Origin: the human T2T-CHM13v2.0 reference genome, Homo sapiens
Strand: one strand, 5' to 3'
Assembly: GCF_009914755.1 (NCBI RefSeq)
Contig: NC_060934.1
Length of the DNA stretch: 64,000 nt
Below are positions 56,325-64,000 of this stretch, piece after piece. Position numbers and translations under genes: made by a program. Under the pieces are notes generated by a model that worked only from the letters and a program-made list of their open reading frames with translations, was not told where the DNA came from and searched no databases. How positions within the stretch are numbered: the first letter of the stretch is position 1; the number at the start of each line of letters is the position of its first letter.

Positions 56325-56680
56325 AGTGGTTTGCAGACTTTGACTCATGTCAGAATCACCTGAAGCATTTGTCAAAACCAATTGCTGGGCCCCACTTCCA
56401 GGGTCTCTGAGTCAGTGGAGGAGGGGCAGGGCCTGAGAATCTGAATTCCTAGAAGTTCCCAGGTGCTACTGCTGCTTCTGGTCCAAAGAGCAACCTTTGA
56501 GAGTCATCTTTTCTTATGGTTTTCAATCCCGGGTGGACATTCGAATCCCTTGAGGAGTTTTTAAACTGATCATTTCCCAGCCCTCTGACCAGGCTGGGTT
56601 CTGTTGGTCTGAGCAGGGTCAGGGTAGATATTTTTTAAAGATTCTCCAGGTGACTCTGATGTGTAGCTTGGGTTGAGTGG
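56325..56680. mobile_element. Two tandem MER5 elements
   Basis: cagaatcacctgaagcatttgtcaaaaccaattgctgggccccac; ttttttaaagattctccaggtgactctgatgtg. Confidence 0.75.
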
Positions 56681-57080
56681 GGGCCCTTTCCTGGAATGCA
56701 GACCTATTTCCAGGAGTTCAGGGGAGCTCTTGCCCAGTTGCTGAGAGGCTCAGCTTGGATTAGCAATACGTAGCAGGATGTGGACACCTGGGTTCTGGCT
56801 TTAGTGCCTGCTTCTGAGTGTTGACTTCTGATGTCCAAGTCTACCTTCCCTTCCTGCCCCATTCTTTCTTTCTTTTCCTTTCTTGCAACACCTCTTTCAT
56901 CTGCCTCTCTTTCTTCCCCCGTAACTAGTTTAGTGAAGATCCCACGCAGTGGAATGGAGTTATTACAAGGTTTTGTTTTCTCTTGTCCCCCTCACTCTGT
57001 TGACTCCTTTTGTCCCATAACTTCTGGCCACTTTCATGTATCAGGACCTTCTCTGGTCTGACAAGAAACAGCAGTCTCAC

Positions 57081-57916
57081 CGCTGTGTCAAACCCGTCTC
57101 CTTGGAGTGGGGAAGGAGAAACGGCTTTTTCATGTTGAGGCCATTCTTCTTCCTCCTTTCTTGGGTTTTCCAGGATGGGAAGGGTGGAGACCATCTTGCT
57201 TCACTCGCCTCCTCTCAGTGAGGTGGCCGGCTTTTGCTTGGGCTGGTTAAGGCTGCATCTGCCTGGTGTGCGTCTGCCCGTCCCAGTGGTGGCTCCTCTC
57301 TAGTGGTAGTCTCCATGCAGAAGGTGAGTGTGGGTTCTTCAGGGGCAGCGTCCAGCTTCACTTCACCTCTCTCATTCCTGAGTGTGCCCTCAGGAAGGAC
57401 CTCATCTGGGTGGCAGCCACCTGGGCAGCCCACACCTCCTGCCTAGCTCTAACTTCCGTGCTTGTGTATGTGGAGACTCAAGGTCCTCTCCGCGGGTCCT
57501 TTCTCCTGGGAAAGCCAGGAAAAATGAGGTCGGTGATCCCCCATCCTATTCCCAGCCCTCTAAGCTCTGGTCTGTTTTCATTTTGCAAGTGCAGGCCTCT
57601 ACAGCAAGCTGCAGCCTCCTTCCTGCTGAGACTGCCAGACAAGAAGGCACCACTTCCTGTGTTCACATTCCAGGGGCGTATGCCATGCCTTCCCCTAGGC
57701 CGCACTTGCCACTTCCGCATTCAGCTAGCGTCCAGCTAGGGTGGGGAGGTGCTGATCTCCTTTTGCTGGAGGCATCCCTGTCTCTAGGCATGATTCTCCT
57801 GGAGGCCTTTCTCCTGCTTGGCTTAGGGGAGGAGAGCATTTTTCTCACCATGAATTCTTCCCTTGCGCTAGGCCATACGACTCAGCAGTTTTGCCTCTTG
57901 CCTATCCTGAGTGCTT
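57081..57916 (-). pseudogene. Large candidate exon (may extend to ~56700 as a terminal exon)
   Basis: Acceptor CCCTCTGCTTCATCTCACCCCTGTCCCCATCTAG|AA; possible donor GCG|GTGAGA; charged peptide remnants (PDEVLPEGTLRNERGEVKLDAAPEEPTL; LENPRKEEEEWPQHEK); multiple stops and frameshifts. Confidence 0.4.
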
Positions 57917-58233
57917 CTAGATGGGGACAGGGGTGAGATGAAGCAGAGGGCAGTTGGTGGTCATCCCATAGACAGCCTGCTGGGCCTGCTTGTCAACAGC
58001 TTTCTCAGCGTGGAGTTGGTGTTTCTTCATCACATTGGGGGCCCAAGTAGCCAACCCCAGACCCACAGGAGGGACCCACTCAGCTTCCTGTTGTCTCCCC
58101 ACCCAATGATCCTCCTCCCTATTATGTCCTCCCTGCTTTCCTACCCTGGACATTCAGTGAGCCTGACTCTGTCCCAGGCCCTGCTCTAAACCCTGGGGGG
58201 GCATAGACATGGGACAGCTCCCACTGCACTCAC

Positions 58234-58314
58234 TGAGAGGTGGCAGAATTCTCCAACAGTTACCAGCCACCATCCTGCATCCGCCAGGAGCTCCTGCTCT
58301 GCCAAATGACCAGG
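58234..58314 (-). pseudogene. Candidate exon, 81 bp, phase 1-1, open
   Basis: TATCACAG|CC...CTC A|GTGAGT; WSFGRAGAPGGCRMVAGNCWRILPPL. Confidence 0.35.
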
Positions 58315-58379
58315 CTGTGATACTAGGGTGGTTGGACTGTAGTGGAGGCAAGCCCAGGGATGTGGAAACACAGGGCAGG

Positions 58380-58660
58380 GCCAAATCACCAACTTTGGGG
58401 ATTTAGGGGAAGCTTCCTGGCTTGGAAGAGGTGGTGTCTGAGTGGGGCCTTGAAGGATGAGTAGGAGTTTGCCACTCAGACACAAGAAGAACATTTTACG
58501 CTGAGGGAATGAAACATGAAAGTGGGGGCTGAATGCAAAGATGCTGAGTGTGATTGGAGCATAGAGGAGATGACATGATGGGAAGGGGCGAGGGACAGGC
58601 AGGGAGCAGGTCATGAAGGGTCCTGGAGACCGTGCCATGGTAGGGAGCACTTCCCAGAAA
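58380..58660 (-). mobile_element. L2 fragment
   Basis: agggaagcttcctgg...gggccttgaaggatgagtaggagtttgcc. Confidence 0.7.
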
Positions 58661-58697
58661 CATCTCAGAGTGAGCTGTTGGGCACTCCTCCCTTCAC

Positions 58698-59036
58698 CCC
58701 AAGGCTTCTGTTTTGAAGGGTCTAGTTGGACACTTTCTTCACATGGTGGCAGCTCTGAAGCTGCAAGCACTTGAGTAGCCAGCATTTCTGAGAAGGGAGG
58801 ACTTCCCATATTGATTGCAGCAGAGCAGGTGGAGGTGATGGGTGGGCAGCAGAGATCCGAGCAGGATGGAGGATGAGGCAGCTCCCTTTGGGTCCTCACT
58901 CCAGTGGCTTTCATAGGAGGGGCCTGAGCGTCAGGACAATTCCTGGCTTGGTTTGTCTGGGGAAGTCTTTGGCTAAAATACCAGGGGCAGAAATCTTGGC
59001 TGGGAAAGAGGAATTCACAGGACTCGAATGATTTAC
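58698..59036 (-). pseudogene. Candidate exon, 339 bp, open, phase 1-1 (or two exons: 59036-58900 and 58787-58698)
   Basis: Strong acceptor CTGCTTTTTCTTTTAG|GT AAA; internal acceptor TCCTCCCTTCTCAG|AA; donor TGG G|GTGAAG; lies inside the 326-aa ORF. Confidence 0.5.
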
Positions 59037-59329
59037 CTAAAAGAAAAAGCAGAACAGGGATTATTTTTTTTGGAGGTGGGACTCTGGCGTGACATTTTAA
59101 AAATGCATGTTTCCATTTCTCGTGTTCTGTGAGCATATGTTGCTTTTCAATAAGAAAAAACCCCATGTTTGTTCCCCAGCTATTTCACCAGTGCCTATTT
59201 ATCTTGTGCCAGCCTTCAGAGACCCTGCGGGTAGAGGGATACACTAGACAGGGCAGCCAACACCTTCCCAGAGTGCGACCCTCTCTCACAGTTAGTGGGC
59301 ACCCACAGTGGTGGGTCTAGGGGCACTTC

Positions 59330-59720
59330 CTGTATCACATCACTCGTCTTGACAATGACTCTTGAGGATGGGTATAATTAACATCAACTTCCAGATGAAG
59401 AACCTGAAGCTCATAGCAGTTAAATCACTTGGCTGAGGTCACACAGTAAGGTGTAGCCACGTTGGGCTTCCAGTCCAGATGAGCTTGGCCCCAAAGCCTG
59501 GGCCATTTGATGCTGATTCTTTTGGTCTATTGGACTCCTATGCAGGCTCCCTCTGCCAGGCCTGCCCCTTTGCACCTTGGGTACCGCTGGGGAAGTCATA
59601 CAGCTTCTCTAGGCCTCGGTATCCCCACCTATAAACTAGGGATAATTACATCTCCCTTGCAGGCTCATTATGAGGCATAGGGAAGTGTGATTAATGCACG
59701 TTACTCAGGACAGTGCCTGA
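59330..59720. mobile_element. Two MIRs (minus, then plus)
   Basis: cagatgaagaacctgaagctcatagcagttaaatcacttggctgaggtcacacag; gggaagtcatacagcttctctaggcctcgg. Confidence 0.7.
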
Positions 59721-59814
59721 CACTGGATGCCTGGCTAATGAGGTCTTCTAATCATGGTGTGGGACAATGTGAGCTGGCGTTGATTCCCTGCTTCTATCAC
59801 AAGAAATAATTCAC

Positions 59815-59898
59815 TTCTGTCTCTTTCCAGTTTCTGGCTTCAGAAGATGTAGGTCCTCGGCTTCCTTAAGCTCCTAAACTCAGACTCAGGGGAGGGAT
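59815..59898 (-). pseudogene. Candidate exon, 84 bp, phase 1-1, one stop
   Basis: CTGCCTTTTCCATACAG|AT...AGA A|GTGAAT; PSPESEFRSLRKPRTYIF*SQKLERDR. Confidence 0.45.
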
Positions 59899-60185
59899 CT
59901 GTATGGAAAAGGCAGTGGCCTCCCTGTCCTGGTTCCCACATCATTGTCCCCTGGCTTCCCATGGCTGTTTCTTCTCAGGCCCAGGCTCAACCCAGCCCTG
60001 GAGATAGCCCAGACATGGGCCTTCAGCATGGAACATCAACCCCATTCACACGTGGTCTTAAGATTAGTTACAAAGACCAAGGCCAGGGTGAGCCTGGAGC
60101 AACCATGTATTCAACGCTCCTACTGCTGTAAGTCTTGCTGTTTGGGACCTGTTTTCTCCAGGTGCTCCACATACATCACTCACAC

Positions 60186-60275
60186 CCACTGCTTGGAACA
60201 CAGCATGTTTGCCCTGCTGGTTCCCTTCCAAGATGACAACCATAAACTCTGCAGTCTGAAGGAGACCCTCTGTTT
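60186..60275 (-). pseudogene. Candidate exon, 90 bp, phase 1-1, open
   Basis: CCCTCCAG|AA...GTG G|GTGTGAGT; TEGLLQTAEFMVVILEGNQQGKHAVFQAV; 88-bp upstream intron. Confidence 0.5.
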
Positions 60276-60363
60276 CTGGAGGGTTACCAGAAGGTTGTGC
60301 TGCCCATCCATCTCCCAGAAGAGCCTGTGCCTTTCCTTCATTTGAAGTCAGACCATCCCCTAC

Positions 60364-60468
60364 CTTGCCGTGTGTTCTGTTCCAGGTAGCATTGCCTTGC
60401 CACCTAGCTCCACTTAGGTGTGGTACCCTGGGCTTGTATTGAAGGCAGGATGTTGGGAGAAGCAGCCC
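60364..60468 (-). pseudogene. Candidate exon, 105 bp, phase 1-1, one TAG
   Basis: GCTTCTTAG|GG...CAA G|GTAGGG; AASPNILPSIQAQGTTPKWS*VARQCYLEQNTRQ; 73-bp upstream intron. Confidence 0.55.
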
Positions 60469-60541
60469 CTAAGAAGCTAGTTATTGTGCCTATTGCAGGA
60501 GGAAGAGTGTTAAGGAAATTGCTGGGAGACATTTTTCTCAC

Positions 60542-60639
60542 CTTTAGAACCAGGAAAAGGAGGGCCGATTATGGAGAGTTCCTTTTTATCTGTGGAAACC
60601 AGGCTGAATGAGACTGCGTCTTCCTCTCCGCTTTGTCTG
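60542..60639 (-). pseudogene. Candidate exon, 98 bp (1-bp frameshift)
   Basis: CTCTGTGCTTCCTAG|CAG...TCT AAA G|GTGAGA; EEDAVSFSLVSTDKKELSIIGPPFPGSK; 84-bp upstream intron. Confidence 0.55.
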
Positions 60640-60723
60640 CTAGGAAGCACAGAGCCCAATGCATAGCCCATTTCTAGGAGGTGCCCAGGACCACAGCATT
60701 AACACCATGGTGTGTAACCTCAC

Positions 60724-60834
60724 CCTTGTCTAGTGATTGACTGGAGCCTGCTGGTCCCCAGGACTGCTCTTTGTGCTGTCCTTTGGGGTCCAGCTCTGCA
60801 TCTGACTTGGTTCCCCCCAGCCCCATCAAGTCAG
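60724..60834 (-). pseudogene. Candidate exon, 111 bp, phase 1-1, open
   Basis: TCCTGCTCTCCAG|CT...GAC AAG G|GTGAGG; DLMGLGGTKSDAELDPKGQHKEQSWGPAGSSQSLDK. Confidence 0.6.
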
Positions 60835-61047
60835 CTGGAGAGCAGGACCTCCCTGGGTTCTGGCTGCTTCTCTTTCCAGCAGACCTGTGTCTTCCTGGCA
60901 TCCCAACAGCCATGGTTGACTTTTCACGTTTCCATGGGAACAGTCTGACTGTAGCCAGACAAGTAACTAGAGAGGCTGAGGAGGAGCGTGTGTGAGTGTG
61001 TGTTGTGTCTGAGGCTGCTCTTGGAGCCCAGAGATCTTGTGTACTTC

Positions 61048-61155
61048 CCTTCGGCTTGCAGTGGCTGCAGCAGCCTCCTCTTGGTGGTAATCATGGCCCA
61101 TTTGCACCTCCTACATCTCCATTGCTGACATAATATTGCACCGGGGTCCATCCAT
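61048..61155 (-). pseudogene. Candidate exon, 108 bp, one TGA, mutated donor
   Basis: TATGCAG|AT...CCG AAG G|GAAGT (resembles GTAAGT lacking the T); GWTPVQYYVSNGDVGGANGP*LPPRGGCCSHCKPK; 87-bp upstream intron. Confidence 0.45.
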
Positions 61156-61242
61156 CTGCATAATCATCTTAACCTGCTCCCATAAGAGAGTTTAAAAGGT
61201 CTGGGCTGTTGGAAAATGACCATAAAGCCTGAACGCAGATAC

Positions 61243-61344
61243 CTTTAGCAGCAACGCCAACATCTATCACAGGGTAATTAGAGGCAAGGAGTGAGGGCTC
61301 CTGGCTCTGTGTCGGGGAACTGTTTGGGGCTGCGTCTGCTCTGA
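61243..61344 (-). pseudogene. Candidate exon, 102 bp, phase 1-1, open
   Basis: Very strong acceptor TCTTTCCCTCCCTTTCTTTTCAACAG|TC; GCT AAA G|GTATCT; RADAAPNSSPTQSQEPSLLASNYPVIDVGVAAK; 90-bp upstream intron. Confidence 0.6.
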
Positions 61345-61434
61345 CTGTTGAAAAGAAAGGGAGGGAAAGACCCAAGAAGGCAGTCCAGGAAGGAGAAGAG
61401 CAGTTTCTGCAGCAATAAGAGGATTTCTTTTTAC

Positions 61435-61532
61435 TGGAGGGTGTGCAGCTTCTCCAAGGGGAAGGAACTTTGCCTAAGACTGTTTGGGGACTCCCGGGAC
61501 CTCTGTTCACACGTTGAATGCGCCATGGTTTT
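61435..61532 (-). pseudogene. Candidate exon, 98 bp (one A short in the initial A-run)
   Basis: TTTTTCTAGTTTCAG|AAAACC...TCC A|GTAAAA; KPWRIQRVNRGPGSPQTVLGKVPSPWRSCTPS. Confidence 0.5.
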
Positions 61533-62552
61533 CTGAAACTAGAAAAATCATGACCAGGACTGTTCCTTTCTTACTGTGTTCTAGGTCCCAAACTCTGGAG
61601 TGCTGTGTGGTCTTGAACAAGCGCCCTTTTCTCTCTGTGATCCCATTTTTCTATTTGTAAAATGTGGGGATTGGACAAATCCGTCAGTTTCCAAACTCTT
61701 ATTTGTGGAACACTGGGGCTCACTGGCAGGGATGGGGAGAGGGAAGGGGGTAGGCAGGGGTGAGACCCACCTCCTTTACTCCAACCACAGTGGCTTTTCT
61801 TTCATTGGTCCTACATTCAGCTTTCTAAGGAAGGTTATACATGAAGAGCAGTTTTCTGCTACCAGAAGCACTGGACCCCCACTGGGCTCCAAGATCCCTT
61901 AGAGTCTCTGGTGTTCGTATGATAAAAGTACTAGGCTTGGAAAACCAGATTTTGCTACGTCCTTTAACAAGTGTCGCTTTATTGTGCTGAATTTGATCTC
62001 TCCAGAAAAATAGTGGCGTCTGTGCAGACAGGCAGTGCGACTTGAGGGAGTGTGAGGACCCCACGGAGTCAGACACAGAGGGGCAAGAACAGCTCTTGCA
62101 AAGCAGAGACCAGGGGCCAACTGCCCACAGCCGGCCTCCTCAGGCCCAGTGGGGCTCCAAGTCTTCGGGAATGCCCCAGGCAGCGGGTGGCTGTCCTCTC
62201 TGTGTTGAAACAACAGAGCTGTTTTCTTCTGGGTCCCCCGCCCCCCTTGGCTGTCAGCTCTGAGCAGGGTGTGCAGCCCCCTGGCTCCTATCCACATGGA
62301 GCCTGGTCATCTCCTTCTGGGGTCTATCAACTGCATGAGCTGTCAGTGGAGGCCACGGCGGCCTCTCCGTTGCTGACCTCTTGTTCCCCAGCCTCTTGAA
62401 AACTCGCTGCAATTTGTCTCTGATCCTGCTGCAGTCTCCCCGCCTTCCCCTGAGGTCGGGGCCTCAGGCTCTCAAGACTGTAAGGCTCACTGTCTCCGCT
62501 GCTGCCTCATTTGCCAGGCACTTCAAGCTCCAAGTCTCCCCTCCTTCCTCAC

Positions 62553-62627
62553 TTTTAGGTCTTTGAAATTTTGCGCCCCTATATTCGAAAGTTATCCTGG
62601 TCATTGACAGTGCAGGGAGAGAAACTG
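62553..62627 (-). pseudogene. Candidate exon, 75 bp, phase 1-1, open
   Basis: TGCTTTCAG|CA...CCT AAA A|GTGAGG; VSLPALSMTRITFEYRGAKFQRPK; 84-bp upstream intron. Confidence 0.45.
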
Positions 62628-62711
62628 CTGAAAGCATTCCCCCTTGTTTGGAGGGTCCACTCCTGTCCCTTCTAAACTCTGGAGTTTTCCACACCTCCTC
62701 TTTTCTGTCAC

Positions 62712-62790
62712 CTTTTAGATGCCTCCTGATACCTGGTGTCTCGCTTATGGTGTGCTCCCTGTGTGAAGCTCAGTGCTGGTGTCTGTGAGG
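62712..62790 (-). pseudogene. Candidate exon, 79 bp (one extra A in the terminal A-run)
   Basis: Long pyrimidine tract then TTAAAG|CC...TCT AAA AG|GTGACA; SQTPALSFTQGAHHKRDTRYQEASK. Confidence 0.45.
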
Positions 62791-62974
62791 CTTTAACCAA
62801 GGTATACATTGAAAAAAAAGAAGAAGAAGAAGAAATAAAAGAAACTTTTTTCTGTCTGACTTTCTGTGTGTGTCAGCCCAGGCCTGGGGAAGTGTGAGGG
62901 CAGGCTGGGTGAGTTTGCCAATCTTGTCATCCCAGAACCCCAGAAACATCACTACCCTAGTGCTCCCTGCACAC

Positions 62975-63061
62975 CCAAGCCATGCTGGCCAGATGTGTCG
63001 CTCTGGTCTCTGTTCGACTCCAGCCCAGCCTATTCTCCTTGGCAGCAGCTCCTGGCATGCT
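62975..63061 (-). pseudogene. Candidate exon, 87 bp, phase 1-1, one TAG
   Basis: CCCCTTCTGCAG|AG...TTG G|GTGTGC; HARSCCQGE*AGLESNRDQSDTSGQHGL. Confidence 0.35.
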
Positions 63062-63375
63062 CTGCAGAAGGGGCAGCTATTTCAAACCAGGCTGAGGGCC
63101 CTGGATGTGGCCATTTAAAGAAAAGATGATGGTAGCTGTCTTGCCAGGCAGCACCACTGTGGTCTCACAGAGCACCTGGCAGCCTGCTTCAGAGTACACA
63201 CATTGCCTGCAAAGAGTGCTGGTTTTCTGTTCCTTCTCAAAACTTTGCCTTGGGACAGTGGCTGGGTCGGAGGCTAAGGCCGTCTTGGGGCATCCTTTGC
63301 CCAAGTGCAGTTCTTCCCACTGAGCCACAGTGTAACCTCTGACAGAGTCTGCCCAGGCTGGGGCTGGCGGGTCAC

Positions 63376-63456
63376 CTATTTATTTTAATAGGGCAATCTC
63401 TTTTGGGATGACTGTAAGCAGAGGCCCCAAGTGAAAGACATTTGAAAACAAGCTGC
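63376..63456 (-). pseudogene. Candidate exon, 81 bp, phase 1-1, one TAA
   Basis: GCTTGTTTCCAG|GC...ATA G|GTGACC; SLFSNVFHLGPLLTVIPKEIALLK*I. Confidence 0.35.
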
Positions 63457-64000
63457 CTGGAAACAAGCCTCTTGGAGGACCACAGGGGGGTGGATTCTGG
63501 AGTCTTCTCTTAACGTGCATCCATGCCTCCCCTGCCTCCATTCATGTTGGCCTAGTCCATGGCCCTCCCCTCCTACTTGAGGAGAACAGCCTTCCAGACT
63601 CCTGGAGGCCCAGGCATGGGACGTGCCACAGGTGGACCTAGAACCCAGGTCTCTGAGTCTCAGTCCACTTCTCATCACTCCTGCTGAACCCACACGTCCC
63701 TCAGCAGGTATATTAACTAGAAGAGCCTTGTTGTGGCTGTGGAGGTCTGGCAGTTACATGGAGGCGCAAATAAACTCTTGCAAGATACTGTGGGGTGCTA
63801 GAAGGAGTAACTTCCTGGAAGGCAAGAGACCTGGTTGTGGTCTCAGATCTGCCAAGCGGCTGTGTGATGTTGGATGAGCAGCTTGCCCTTTCTGGCCTTG
63901 GCACCTGTAGTTGTACAGTGAGTGGTTTGACTCTGGGATGTGTCAAGGCCTCTTCAGGGTACCTCTGCTCTAGGTAATGTCAGGATCTTTCTCGAGGCAT

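Larger units (their letters stand above)
56700..63460 (-). pseudogene. Candidate decayed multi-exon gene with a phase-1 short-exon array; product unknown, probably disordered
   Basis: About 14 AG...GT-bounded segments, mostly 3n length and phase 1-1, with 73-90 bp introns, recurrent K-G|GT ends and scattered stops/indels; manual parse only. Confidence 0.55.

Noticed and set aside
58186-59166. 326-aa ORF as an intact single-exon gene
   Set aside because: No recognisable domain, and the C-terminal part crosses an L2 remnant; better explained as a partial pseudo-exon plus chance extension
60880-60990. Possible additional exon between 61048 and 60834
   Set aside because: Several equally weak parses, and one needs a 50-bp intron
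61431-61526. Perfect Kozak ACCATGG opening a 31-codon ORF (MAHSTCEQRSRESPNSLRQSSFPLEKLHTLQ) on the minus strand
   Set aside because: Short, out of frame with the neighbouring phase-1 exons, and candidate exons lie upstream; no support as a true start
61930-62480. Further candidate exons (62019-61932 and ~62477-62378)
   Set aside because: Plausible, but each needs a frameshift and has a weak donor, so they are not listed as features

Overview
This is primate, very probably human, euchromatic DNA: it contains AluY/S/J, L1PA/L1MA/L1MB/L1ME, THE1, MER85, MIR and L2. I find no intact protein-coding gene, tRNA/rRNA or CRISPR array. Most of the six-frame ORFs are artefacts of repeats or simple sequence. 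About half of the window is interspersed repeat, including a full-length ~7.3 kb L1MA (17.1-24.4 kb, minus) and a ~3.7 kb L1MB (39.0-42.7 kb, minus). Repeat subfamily names come from recalled consensus sequences, not from a RepeatMasker run. Boundaries without a TSD are approximate. The main discovery is at ~56.7-63.5 kb on the minus strand: a TE-poor block that parses into a regular chain of short (75-111 bp) phase-1/phase-1 exons. Most are separated by 73-90 bp introns, several end in the junction K-G|GT, and a large purine-rich exon follows. Scattered stops, 1-bp indels and a dead donor suggest a decayed non-processed (possibly unitary) pseudogene of an exon-repeat, disordered protein that I cannot name. 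It may continue past the right edge of the window. Other notable features are a MER85 piggyBac MITE with a non-TTAA, hairpin-like junction, a templated duplication next to an LTR deletion breakpoint, nested insertion stacks, and several homeobox-motif-rich candidate enhancers, the best at 51.85-52.99 kb.
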